This document shows, in pieces, positions 23,401-33,385 of a stretch of DNA of 39,420 nt. Source of the DNA: Nemertoderma westbladi (lineage: Eukaryota > Animalia > Xenacoelomorpha); assembly GCA_032718475.1 (NCBI GenBank), contig JAUCBJ010005846.1:1-39420 (forward strand), given 5' to 3'. Position 1 is the stretch's first letter, and every line of letters starts with the position of its first letter. Below the pieces are notes generated by a model. That model saw only the letters and a program-made list of their open reading frames with translations, searched no databases and was not told the origin of the DNA. A program made the translations under genes and the position numbers.

Positions 23401-26400
23401 AAGATCCCTTAGAACGCTTCATGGATGTGGTGTCCGATAACGAGGACGAAATAGAAGAAATAAACATTCAGATTGGTCTCCTAGGGAACCATGAAATGGT
23501 TACTAACGAACATGACATCATGCCGTTATATGCACGTAAAGACCGAGTTCCTTTAATAGACCTAAATACAATATCTCGGGTGCATGTCCTCCTTAACAAC
23601 GAGCTAGGTGTACTTAGGCGCAAAATTCCGCCCTACAATAGCTCCACTTTTAATAGAATATTAAATAACATAGTGTCACTCACCCCAGATGGAGCAGCTT
23701 CCCTAATTTATCCCGAAGGAATATTATTTCCGAGACTATTTTATCATTCAAACCCTGACAACTCCGTTTTAGGTGCCATCCCTTCCATTTTATATTCGGA
23801 TAAATCTACCTCCAGGCGTGGTATCGCTTCCTTAGATGACCATATGAAAGCAAGACTCAAAAATGGTGATTTACAAACTTCGAGATTTTTATCGTATATT
23901 GATTTTGCATTCGATACCAAAATTAATACTACACTAAATCATGCCTCAGCCTCAATAGCCCTAAATCGCGGTCTTGAATTTTTGCCGGATTTCAAAACAT
24001 ATTTCGCTGCAAAAGAGCAAAAATTAAATTTCAACGAATTAAATGACTGCAAGAGAAAGGTCAACGAACTTGCAGCATTGACAAAGGAAGGAAAGTGGGA
24101 CTATTTTGCGACACTGACCTGTAACGACAGCGAAACCCCCGGAGTTGCCCCAATATATACTAAAATTGTACAGAAATACGGGAATGATCCAATACGACAG
24201 CAAGACCAGGTCGACGCCCATGCTGTGTTACTAATTCGGTGCTGGTACCGGACAACTCACTATATAATGGACTGGATACAGAATAGTCCTCAACAACCCC
24301 TTGGACATGTCAAAAATATTTGGTGGAGGTACGAATTTCAAGACCAAAACGCCCTTGGGAACAAACCTCATATCCATATGGGCCTTTCTCTCCACCCAGA
24401 ACCCGTCTTGACAACTTTAGAGCGAATTTGCTGCCAGTCGAAGAGTCTTTTTCACGAAAGTTTTGGAACTGACCTAAATCAGCTAATAGATGAGGGACTG
24501 ATTGCAGACCACGATGATAAAAATAAATTCATGACTAACCTGCAATTCTTACAGACTCACAACTGTAAAAAAGCAGGAGAACGGTGCCACAAACGTACAG
24601 ATGCCCATGGCAACCCAATATGTCGATATACAAAGTACCCCCGCTCTAATGAACCTTATTTCAATGAGAAAACGGGAATATATAAAGATGAGACTCTGAG
24701 CAAACTTCTAGAATTAAACCTCGCCACACAGGATCCATTCACAAAGGTGATAACACCAATTAATTTATTAATGGGTGGGACTTATGGTTATGTGTCAGAT
24801 GGTGATGAGTTCTTTGTTCCTACCATTCCTAGACTGTTCTGTCTTATGCGTTCCTGTACCAATGTACAAGTTCCTTACTATCGCTTTATGAACTCATATA
24901 TGTTGAAGTATGCAGCCGGTAAAGAGGAACACTGCAAACATATACTGACAGAAACGAAAGAACCGGGTGTCTTCACAGGGGAAAGTAGGGAATTGGTGAA
25001 CGAAAAAATAACCAGTTGCAAATTTCTAGAAGAAAAACGGGCTAAAAAGGATAAGGGATATACAGCACGAAATATAGGTATTCCAGAACTGATTTGGTAC
25101 ACCTTAGGTCTGGAATATTTTAACACAAACGTTGAATTCCTTCACGTTTCTAGTTTGGCCCCAGCCTATCGAACTGGTTTCTGCCATCCACAGCCTGGAA
25201 AAAAGAAAGTATTGTTAGTTGCTGGAGAGGATGAAGAATTACTTCCAGTCTTGAAACGGGCCCATTTACCTGCCAGTAGACAGTTTACTCCATCCCAAGA
25301 ACTACTAATAACGGATTATATCGAAAGTTCATTCAGTGCTGATAGGATTACCAAGTTTAATCTGCGTCCACCAGAACTCCTTATCTTTGACACCATTGAA
25401 GTTTATACCAAGTGCTTCACCCATTCCTATATTGGTAATAATTACGAATTGGACCTACAAATCGGTGAATGCTTTTGGGTTGATGGACTAGGCCGGCGTG
25501 TTTTACTTCGTGCCTCTGGAATTACAAACGCTATGGCATTTCTGCAACACAAAGTCGATTCAAATGACCCTCTCGCCATAAACCTTTTACAGGAAATATT
25601 TGAGCCAATCTCTAATAATAATAAAGAGTTTATCACACGGTTTGTAAACACCCGGGACACAAAACCAGTTATAGTTGTGTTCACAAGCATAACCCCATTC
25701 CAAACCGAGAAATTCCTGATACACCTAATGTTATCCCTGGGACATTTTCAAACCGAACTTGATCTGTTCTCCACTTCATGTTTTCTGGAAAGTTTCAGTT
25801 TATCTAAATTGATACCGGACTGGAATAATGTTACGAATCAGGACTCCCTTAACCTTCGTAGGAAATACGTTCTGGAACAGTTGGGTCACTATCCAATTTC
25901 TACCAGACAGCTTGAGAAATCCCTCCACACAGCCGACTCTGTACTAACCGCATTTTTGAGTGGTGGTAACCTACAGTACACAACACTACCCATTGTACAG
26001 GAGTCGTTATTTAGAGAAGCTGCTTCGGCCGAAGTTATTAGAGAGGAGGCAGCAATGAAAAACAGCATAATTAAAGGTTTTGTAGAAAAACAGTTAAATA
26101 TTCCCGCTGCAGAGTTGGCAACTGCCACAAGTGAAAATCCATTGCAATGGGAGCCCGAAATCACCCGTCATCCTTCACAGCCATTAACATCGGTAGATGA
26201 ACAGAAGCAAACATTGACTCTATGCTGTAAATCTATCAAAGATTATATAACACCAACAACAACATTTGTTAAACCTATCATAATTGTAGGTCCGCCAGGA
26301 ACTGGTAAAACTAGAACTTTACAGCTGGCTGGTGCCTTTGCAGTATCAAAAGGACTTCGAGTTTGTCTGACAGCATTGACAAGTAATAAAGCGAGAGAAC

Positions 26401-28100
26401 TTGGAGGTGTACATTTGCACTCCTTATTGTCATTGTCTGGAAATTCTGGCTCCAAAGGTTTGGAAATATCTAAACTATCTGAGGAATCACTTTACAATTT
26501 GGCAAAATCATCTAAAAAATATGCCATTCTCCAGCGCCTGGATGTGATTCTCATAGAGGAGATAGGACTGCTATGTGGCGAGCTTTTGGCTGTTCTGGAT
26601 CATGTTTTGAAAAAGATTACAAAAACTCAGTTGCCATTTGGAGGCAAATTAATTCTTGCCAGCGGCGACCACGAACAACTGCCACCCATTCAAGGTACCC
26701 AGATATGGTTGTCTCCACAATTCCTTTCTGTCTTTCAGGTTGCAAAGTTGTCAGTCTATGTACGATCTGCTGGTGACCCTGCTCTACGGGAAGTTCTAGA
26801 ACTTTTTAGGAAGCACCCGTTATCCCAGGAAGATGAAGACCGTATAATTTTCCTCCTTTCCACCCATTGCCAGTTTGTAGATACTTGGAATGACGTTCCA
26901 AAGGAATGTGTGAGAGTTGTTGGTAAAAGGCCAGCTGAACGAGAAGCAACCCGGCTCTTCCTGGACTCCCTCCAACAAGACCCAAACATTGTGGCGATTG
27001 AATATACATCCAAGGATGAAATGGAAAACCATGTTGGTAACTGGGTTGATGCTTCACCGAGGGTATCAAAGATACTAGATAATGAGGTGAGAGAAGCCAA
27101 GGATATATTAATTCCAGTTGGAACCATAATGCGGATTACATACAATGGTACCACTGGTAGACATACATTCTCCCAAGGTCAACTAGTTGTCATCGAACGA
27201 CTGCCAACACCCGAGGACCAACATATAATCTGCCGCCTCATTCCCTTTGCCCATGGTATTGTGGATTTTGATAATTTAGAAATCTACCCTCTTATATCCC
27301 TTGGTTTACATGTAACTCCAGATGTTAGAGTTGGGACTGATCTCCAGAAAGCGAGAAGGGAGCAGTGGCCAGTACAGCATGTAGCCGCATGCACTGTCCA
27401 TAGAATTTTGGGTGAGACATGCCCATGTGTTGCAACAAAGATAGGTCGCCAGGATTCTATTTGGTGTATGTGGCTGAAACAGCAACTCCACGTGACCATT
27501 TCACGACCTCATTATTTGCGGTTCCTATATTTTGTTGGTCCCAAAGAGGAAACATTGCTGCAAATAAGAATATTGATAAAAAAGAACCAACCAATCGAGC
27601 ACCACATAAGCGACATGATAAATAAATTAAATGTTATTACACTACCCATTGAGGGTCAACAACCATCGGGACCAGCCCCTGTTCCTGTGTTAACTCACCC
27701 ACCACCATTAGTACAACCGCGCCATTGTTTTGCAATGGATATTCAAATACCAGATGATTCCTGTGGGTTTCTATATATTTTGGTCAGTGTCCCATTCCCT
27801 GAAGAAACATATATAGGAGAGGCAGCGAATCTAAGAAAGGCACTCCTTGAACATCGGTTGGGCCAATGGCCAAACCGGTCAGACAACCCAAATTTACAAC
27901 CATGGCAACCGTATGCTTTCGTTACTGGTTTCCCTGGAAACGGTTTCGAGGAAACAAATATAGACGTTAGAAAGTCTCTACAAATTGCTATTCTGTACCG
28001 CTTGAAACGAAATATGTCATTAACTGAAGTTCTAGAAATTACCATCCAGATGTCTAGACGAGAGAACTTGGGACTGCGGGTAGTAAAAGTATTTAAATAA
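20484..28100 (+). CDS. Helitron/Helentron-like RepHel transposase, 2538 aa: OTU-like domain, Cys/His clusters, HUH-Y2 Rep endonuclease, Pif1-like SF1B helicase, SLX1-like GIY-YIG domain
   Basis: OTU: GAGHC34QYLAVS, WGDNVSL, H139Y. Rep: YFATLTCN (~1207), WRYEFQ...PH1296IH, LQTHNC, Y1472MLKY1476, ARNIGIPELIW. Helicase: GPPGTGKT (1936), ILIEEIGLL, FGG...GDHEQLPPI, YVRS, REQWPV, ACTVHRILGET, QLHVTISR. GIY-YIG: GFLY2431IL...TY2443IGE..NL...EH...PW...VTGF. No stops over 7.6 kb. An acceptor (TTTTTTCCAG|20455) with an open frame to the ATG means the protein may extend through upstream exons. Confidence 0.92.
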   Translation: MALAIPSGRRRLEDMAARNDMCPVDCGGGGAGHCQYLAVSMAVQQQTGYLYTVKELRKCVAEMLLREQHIFEPFVPVNFDNYVSRVRDGREWGDNVSLRVLANLLGVKFQIYDTGVNNVAVVGEGVTNISLGYIHDEVHYVAIVQNNQVISQVAGHTLTPGTATLSSRDVNILMGGGPSSQWGVGEGSQIQPGTSSMVHNVREAEVPMETESHGLHSMGGTTEFYGEDDLGSDFEMGSVSDGEATGMEVESDNNLNDERCSNCFRKHTEAMVVNLVRFQGIIFPKDYGDLKRAPDRGGEYILCTECKEYLTHKTHPSWRDGWPSYYWTMVRTTKDGKLWRIVPQSLRSSWDGVQQMFAVGIQRHINVEPLFNDITVNRHWHMTLISSHLDVNIMKAANTNPYPDVKCPLGCHEFLDRIKPLPLHHFLHLWIPNFHSFEPKKELVRGIVGEWPCNGYDLGYVIRPSLVIIPNRGICVAMCEDHATAEKSYIHPPRHPGHGDALQYLDRLAPATVAPNIVRDGQVGKFTASFPVVKEVGGYHGISSTTLTPGLILTIADDRLAEAERLTLDHRPDILYTTLNRQEMGEEFVRGTLRAGKYEESGLIGCIGSGSYVPMDEALFQWENYTSKDKGSKTSKTNYSLPLVHPGNDPYGCEPLHITNTSRTLNSKPILENVLQVIAHSPPTHRLLQSTVESNQLSYQLITALHTVLNYERGNVNCATERLLERNVSQSSNTTDSIFRKSAINLSLIEGISTRSTAGGSNGTNIELYIRDNNTRSFMGQIQLEERLIIDTDNIIVDGNEYYLQSASNAKGTLFRWGELFHFRDTLGTKYDKSMVNTSSILRHFNILVFVKKALPMTYKDRQLSLIAGQNKMKCEIHNQYLVKQHVTNTSNCCEIGCTTNARWRCPWGLPFQFCETGVCFKHGRLLVKKPTITMVESCVGRVADGVNHNINTSSGGVAMDNQGDVDQLSLIEDPLERFMDVVSDNEDEIEEINIQIGLLGNHEMVTNEHDIMPLYARKDRVPLIDLNTISRVHVLLNNELGVLRRKIPPYNSSTFNRILNNIVSLTPDGAASLIYPEGILFPRLFYHSNPDNSVLGAIPSILYSDKSTSRRGIASLDDHMKARLKNGDLQTSRFLSYIDFAFDTKINTTLNHASASIALNRGLEFLPDFKTYFAAKEQKLNFNELNDCKRKVNELAALTKEGKWDYFATLTCNDSETPGVAPIYTKIVQKYGNDPIRQQDQVDAHAVLLIRCWYRTTHYIMDWIQNSPQQPLGHVKNIWWRYEFQDQNALGNKPHIHMGLSLHPEPVLTTLERICCQSKSLFHESFGTDLNQLIDEGLIADHDDKNKFMTNLQFLQTHNCKKAGERCHKRTDAHGNPICRYTKYPRSNEPYFNEKTGIYKDETLSKLLELNLATQDPFTKVITPINLLMGGTYGYVSDGDEFFVPTIPRLFCLMRSCTNVQVPYYRFMNSYMLKYAAGKEEHCKHILTETKEPGVFTGESRELVNEKITSCKFLEEKRAKKDKGYTARNIGIPELIWYTLGLEYFNTNVEFLHVSSLAPAYRTGFCHPQPGKKKVLLVAGEDEELLPVLKRAHLPASRQFTPSQELLITDYIESSFSADRITKFNLRPPELLIFDTIEVYTKCFTHSYIGNNYELDLQIGECFWVDGLGRRVLLRASGITNAMAFLQHKVDSNDPLAINLLQEIFEPISNNNKEFITRFVNTRDTKPVIVVFTSITPFQTEKFLIHLMLSLGHFQTELDLFSTSCFLESFSLSKLIPDWNNVTNQDSLNLRRKYVLEQLGHYPISTRQLEKSLHTADSVLTAFLSGGNLQYTTLPIVQESLFREAASAEVIREEAAMKNSIIKGFVEKQLNIPAAELATATSENPLQWEPEITRHPSQPLTSVDEQKQTLTLCCKSIKDYITPTTTFVKPIIIVGPPGTGKTRTLQLAGAFAVSKGLRVCLTALTSNKARELGGVHLHSLLSLSGNSGSKGLEISKLSEESLYNLAKSSKKYAILQRLDVILIEEIGLLCGELLAVLDHVLKKITKTQLPFGGKLILASGDHEQLPPIQGTQIWLSPQFLSVFQVAKLSVYVRSAGDPALREVLELFRKHPLSQEDEDRIIFLLSTHCQFVDTWNDVPKECVRVVGKRPAEREATRLFLDSLQQDPNIVAIEYTSKDEMENHVGNWVDASPRVSKILDNEVREAKDILIPVGTIMRITYNGTTGRHTFSQGQLVVIERLPTPEDQHIICRLIPFAHGIVDFDNLEIYPLISLGLHVTPDVRVGTDLQKARREQWPVQHVAACTVHRILGETCPCVATKIGRQDSIWCMWLKQQLHVTISRPHYLRFLYFVGPKEETLLQIRILIKKNQPIEHHISDMINKLNVITLPIEGQQPSGPAPVPVLTHPPPLVQPRHCFAMDIQIPDDSCGFLYILVSVPFPEETYIGEAANLRKALLEHRLGQWPNRSDNPNLQPWQPYAFVTGFPGNGFEETNIDVRKSLQIAILYRLKRNMSLTEVLEITIQMSRRENLGLRVVKVFK

Positions 28101-28229
28101 TTAATATTTTACAAATTTCATTGGGTGTGGGGGGGGGGGGGGGGGCTACTTACATTATTTGGTTAAATTAAAGGTTGTACATTCACACATTTGCATAATG
28201 AACATTCTGTTGTGGTACATGGCAAGGGT

Positions 28230-29877
28230 TGTGGGGCGAGTCACGCAGTCAGGGCGAGCCTTAGGGCACAATTATTATTAGTATGTATGTAGGGCAACAT
28301 TTCATGTTCGTCCTTTTGAAGATTTTAACCATTTTCAACCACATTTTGTATGGGCATACTATAGAAAAAGTTCCAATATTTTTATAAAGTTACGGGCAAA
28401 TATCTCTCGAACTTTAGACTCCAGATCAAATCGAACTTGTTTCGAACTTGCTCAAGTTCGCGTGCTGCGCGATGTCCCACGAACGTGTACCATTCCTAAG
28501 AGTCATGGGGAATGCTCTAGTTTTGAGTCGAGCATTGCCCGCTCTGACTAGAGACAGGAACCATGACTCATAACCCTATGCCTATATCACTTTTTCTACT
28601 CATATTCTTTTTATTTTTTTTTATTTTATGAGTCATGGCGACTGCTCTAGTTTTGAGTCGAGCATTGCCCGCTCTGACTAGAGACAGGAACCATGACTCA
28701 TAACCCTATGCCCATATCTCTTTTTCTACTCATTCTTTTTATTTTTTTTTATTTTATGAGTCATGGGGACTGCTCTAGTTTTGAGTCGAGCATTGCCCGC
28801 TCTGACTAGAGACAGGAACCATGACTCATAACACTATGCCTATATCTCTTTTTCTACTCATTCTTTTTATTTTTTTTTATTTTATGAGTCATGGCGACTG
28901 CTCTAGTTTTGAGTCGAGCATTGCGCGCTCTGACTAGAGACAGGAACCATGACTCATATACCCTATGCCTATATCTCTTTTTCTACTCATTCTTTTTATT
29001 TTTTTTTATTTTATGAGTCATGGGGACTGCTCTAGTTTTGAGTCGAGCATTGCCCGCTCTGACTAGAGACAGGAACCATGACTCATAACACTATGCCCAT
29101 ATCTCTTTTTCTACTCATTCTTTTTATTTTTTATTATTTTATGAGTCATGGTGACTGCTCTAGTTTTGAGTCGAGCATTGCCCGCTCAGACTAGAGTCAG
29201 GAACCTGACTCATAACCCTATGCCTATATCTCTTTTTCTACTCATATTCTTTATATTTTTTTTATTTTATGAGTCATGGGGACTGCTCTAGTTTTGAGTC
29301 GAGCATTGCCCGCTCTGACTAGAGACAGGAACCATGACTCATAACCCTATGCCCATATCTCTTTTTCTACTCATTCTTTTAATTTTTTTTTATTTTATGA
29401 GTCATGGGGACTGTTCTAGTTTTGAGTCGAGCATTGCCCGCTCTGACTAGAGACAGGAACCATGACTCATGTAACCAACCATGTCAAATAAACCCTCAAC
29501 TTATTTATTTTACTACCATTCCGTTCCAGTTTATTACCAGTTGTAGTGTATGCCGCGCTGGTAATAATCTGGAACCTGTAGTATTCTGGAACACGTTCGT
29601 TGGGTTTCGCGAAGCGCGCGCCCCTGAGTAAGTTCGAAACCGGTTCGATTTGATGTGGAGTCAAAGGTTCGAGAGGTATTTGCCCGTAACTTTCAAAAAT
29701 ATTTCAACTTTTTCTTCTTTAGTATGCCCATACAGAATTTGGTTGAAAATGGTTAAAATCTTCAAAAGTTATTTACGAATGAATTTTCCATTAAGACAGA
29801 CAGACATGAAATTTTGCGCTATTTACTAATTATAATTGTGCGCTAAGGCTCGCCCTGACTGCGTGGCTTGCCCCACA
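28230..29877. mobile_element. Non-coding foldback/TIR element with ~250-bp terminal inverted repeats
   Basis: 28230-28472 (TGTGGGGCGAGTCACGCAGTCAGGGCGAGCCTTAG...AAAGTTACGGGCAAATATCTCTCGAAC...) is the imperfect reverse complement of 29607-29877 (...GTTCGAGAGGTATTTGCCCGTAACTTT...CTAAGGCTCGCCCTGACTGCGTGGCTTGCCCCACA). No clear TSD. Confidence 0.88.
28500..29470. repeat. Eight tandem ~128-bp units, each a ~72-nt imperfect hairpin plus a T-rich linker
   Basis: GAGTCATGG starts at 28500, 28630, 28758, 28886, 29015, 29143, 29271 and 29399; arms ATGAGTCATGG/CCATGACTCAT and CTCTAGT/ACTAGAG pair. Confidence 0.96.
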
Positions 29878-30047
29878 TTAGTATATCCGTATTCTAACCG
29901 TATCAAATTCTCAAAAATTCTCAAGTAATTCATTTTGCTACCATCCCGTTCCAGTTTATTACCAGTATGCCGCGCTGGTAGTAATCTGGAACCTGTAGTA
30001 TTGTGGAACATTAGTTCTTGTCACTACGGCAAGTTCAAGAACTTTTT

Positions 30048-33000
30048 AGTACATTCACCCATTTGCATAAGGAACATTGTGGTACACGACAAATGTTGTA
30101 CATTCACCCATTTGCATAAGGGACATTGTGGTACACGACAAATGTTGTACATTCACCCATTGCATAAGTACATTGTGGTACACGGCAAAGGTTGTACATT
30201 CACCCATTTGCATAAGGGACATTGTGGTACATGACAAATGTTGTACATTCACCCATTGCATAAGTACATTGTGGTACACGGCAAAGGTTGTACATTCACC
30301 CATTTGCATAAGGGACATTGTGGTACACGACAAATGTTGTACATTCACCCATTTGCATAAGGGACATTGTGGTACACGACAAAGGTTGTACATTCACCCA
30401 TTTGCCTAAGGGACATTGTGGTACACGACAAATGTTGTACATTCACCCATTTGCCTAAGGGACATTGTGGTACACGACAAATGTTGTACATTCACCCATT
30501 GCATAAGTACATTGTGGTACACGGCAAAGGTTGTACATTCACCCATTTGCATAAGGGACATTGTGGTACACGACAAATGTTGTACATCCACCCATTTCAT
30601 AAGGAACATTGTGGTACACGACAAAGGTTGTACATTCACCCATTTGCCTAAGGGACATTGTGGTACACGACAAATGTTGTACATTCACCCATTGCATAAG
30701 TACATTGTGGTACACGGCAAAGGTTGTACATCCACCCATTGCATAAGGACATTGTGGTACACGACAGAGGTTGTACAAGGGACATTGTGGTACACGACAA
30801 ATGTTGTACATTCACCCATTAGCCTAAGGGACATTGTGGTACACGACAAAGGTTGTACATCCACCCGTTTGCATAAGGGACATTGTGGTACACGACAAAT
30901 GTTGTACATTCACCCATTTGCATAAGGGACATTGTGGTACACGACAAATGTTGTACATTCACCCATTTGCCTAAGGGACATTGTGGTACACGACAAAGGT
31001 TGTACATCCGCCCATTGCTTAAGGGACATTGTGGTACACGACAAAGGTTGTACATTCACCCATTTGCATAAGGGACATTGTGGTACACGACAAATGTTGT
31101 ACATTCACCCATTTGTATAAGGGACATTGTGGTACACGACAAATGTTGTACATTCACCCATTTGCCTAAGGGACATTGTGGTACACGACAAAGGTTGTAC
31201 ATCCACCCATTGCATAAGGACATTGTGGTACACGACAGAGGTTGTACAAGGGACATTGTGGTACACGACAAAGGTTGTACATTCACCCATTTGCATAAGG
31301 GACATTGTGGTACACGACAAATGTTGTACATTCACCCATTTGTACAAGGGACATTGTGGTACACGACAAATGTTGAACATTCACCCATTTGCATAAGGGA
31401 CATTGTGGTACACGACAAATGTTGTACATTCACCCATTTGCATAAGGGACATTGTGGTACACGACAAATGTTGTACATTCACCCATTTGCATAAGGGACA
31501 TTGTGGTACATGACAAATGTTGTACATTCACCCATTTGCATAAGGGACATTGTGGTACACGACAAATGTTGTACATTCACCCATTTGCCTAAGGGACATT
31601 GTGGTACACGAAATAGGTTGTACATCCACCCATTACATAAGGACATTGTGGTACACGACAGAGGTTGTACAAGGGACATTGTGGTACACGACAGAGGTTG
31701 TACATCCACCCATTGCATAAGGACATTGTGGTACACGACAGAGGTTGTACAAGGGACATTGTGGTACACGACAAATGTTGTACATTCACCCATTTGCCTA
31801 AGGGACATTGTGGTACACGACAAAGGTTGTACATCCACCCATTGCATAAGGACATTGTGGTACACGACAGAGGTTTTACAAGGGACATTGTGGTACACGA
31901 CAAATGTTGTACATTCACCCATTTGCCTAAGGGACATTGTGGTACACGACATAGGTTGTACATCCACCCATTACATAAGGGACATTGTGGTACACGGCAA
32001 AGGTTGTACATTCACCCATTTGCATAAGGGACATTGTGGTACACGGCAAAGGTTGTACATTCACCCATTTGCATAAGGGACATTGTGGTACACGGCAAAG
32101 GTTGTACATCCACCCATTATATAAGGACATTGTGGTACACGGCAAAGGTTGTACATCCACCCATTTGCCTAAGGGACATTGTGGTACACGACAAAGGTTG
32201 TACATCCGCCCATTTGCCTAAGGGACATTGTGGTACACGACAAATGTTGTACATTCACCCATTTGCCTAAGGGACATTGTGGTACACGACAAAGGTTGTA
32301 CATCCACCCATTTGCCTAAGGGACATTGTGGTACACGACAAATGTTGTACATTCACCCATTTGCCTAAGGGACATTGTGGTACACGACATAGGTTGTACA
32401 TCCACCCATTTGCCTAAGGGACATTGTGGTACACGACAAATGTTGTACATTCACCCATTTGCCTAAGGGACATTGTGGTACACGACATAGGTTGTACATC
32501 CACCCATTACATAAGGGACATTGTGGTACACGACAAATGTTGTACATTCACCCATTTGCCTAAGGGACATTGTGGTACACGACATAGGTTGTACATCCAC
32601 CCATTACATAAGGGACATTGTGGTACACGGCAAAGGTTGTACATTCACCCATTTGCATAAGGGACATTGTGGTACACGGCAAAGGTTGTACATTCACCCA
32701 TTTGCATAAGGGACATTGTGGTACACGGCAAAGGTTGTACATCCACCCATTATATAAGGACATTGTGGTACACGGCAAAGGTTGTACATCCACCCATTTG
32801 CATAAGGAACATTGTGGTACATGACAAAGGTTGTACATTCACCCATTTGCAATAAGGACATTGTGGTACACGACAAAGGTTGTACATTCACCCATTTGCC
32901 TAAGGGACATTGTGGTACACGACAAAGGTTGTACATTCACCCATTTGCATAAGGAACATTGTGGTACATGACAAAGGTTGTACATTCACCCATTTGCATA

Positions 33001-33385
33001 AGGAACATTGTGGTACACGACAAAGGTTGTACATTCACCCATTTGCAATAAGGACATTGTGGTACACGACAAAGGTTGTACATTCACCCATTTGCCTAAG
33101 GGACATTGTGGTACACGACAAAGGTTGTACATTCACCCATTTGCATAAGGAACATTGTGGTACATGACAAAGGTTGTACTGTACATTCACCCATTTGCAT
33201 AAGGAACATTGTGGTACACGACAAAGGTTGTACATTCACCCATTGCTTAAGGGACATTGTGGTACACGACAAAGGTTGTACATTCACCCATTGCTTAAGG
33301 GACATTGTGGTACACGACAAAGGTTGTACATTCACCCATTGCTTAAGGGACATTGTGGTACACGGCTCCACGGTTGTACATTCTC
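30048..33385. repeat. 49-bp minisatellite, ~3.3 kb (GTACATTCACCCATTTGCATAAGGGACATTGTGGTACACGACAAATGTT) with 48-bp and shorter variants; one degenerate unit at 28172-28232
   Basis: TGGTACACGAC at 30080, 30129 and onward gives a 49-bp period. Confidence 0.98.

Noticed and set aside
21495-28045. Short antisense and alternate-frame ORFs inside the RepHel ORF
   Set aside because: They are shadow ORFs of a long coding region with no recognisable motifs.
20484-28100. Host PIF1 gene or giant-virus/Polinton gene
   Set aside because: Fusion to a complete HUH-Y2 Rep, lack of internal introns, and no capsid, polB or integrase genes nearby favour a Helitron-like element.
28500-29470. Palindromic repeat plus linker as a CRISPR-like array
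   Set aside because: The linkers are near-identical T-rich copies, not unique spacers, and the hairpin is ~72 nt.
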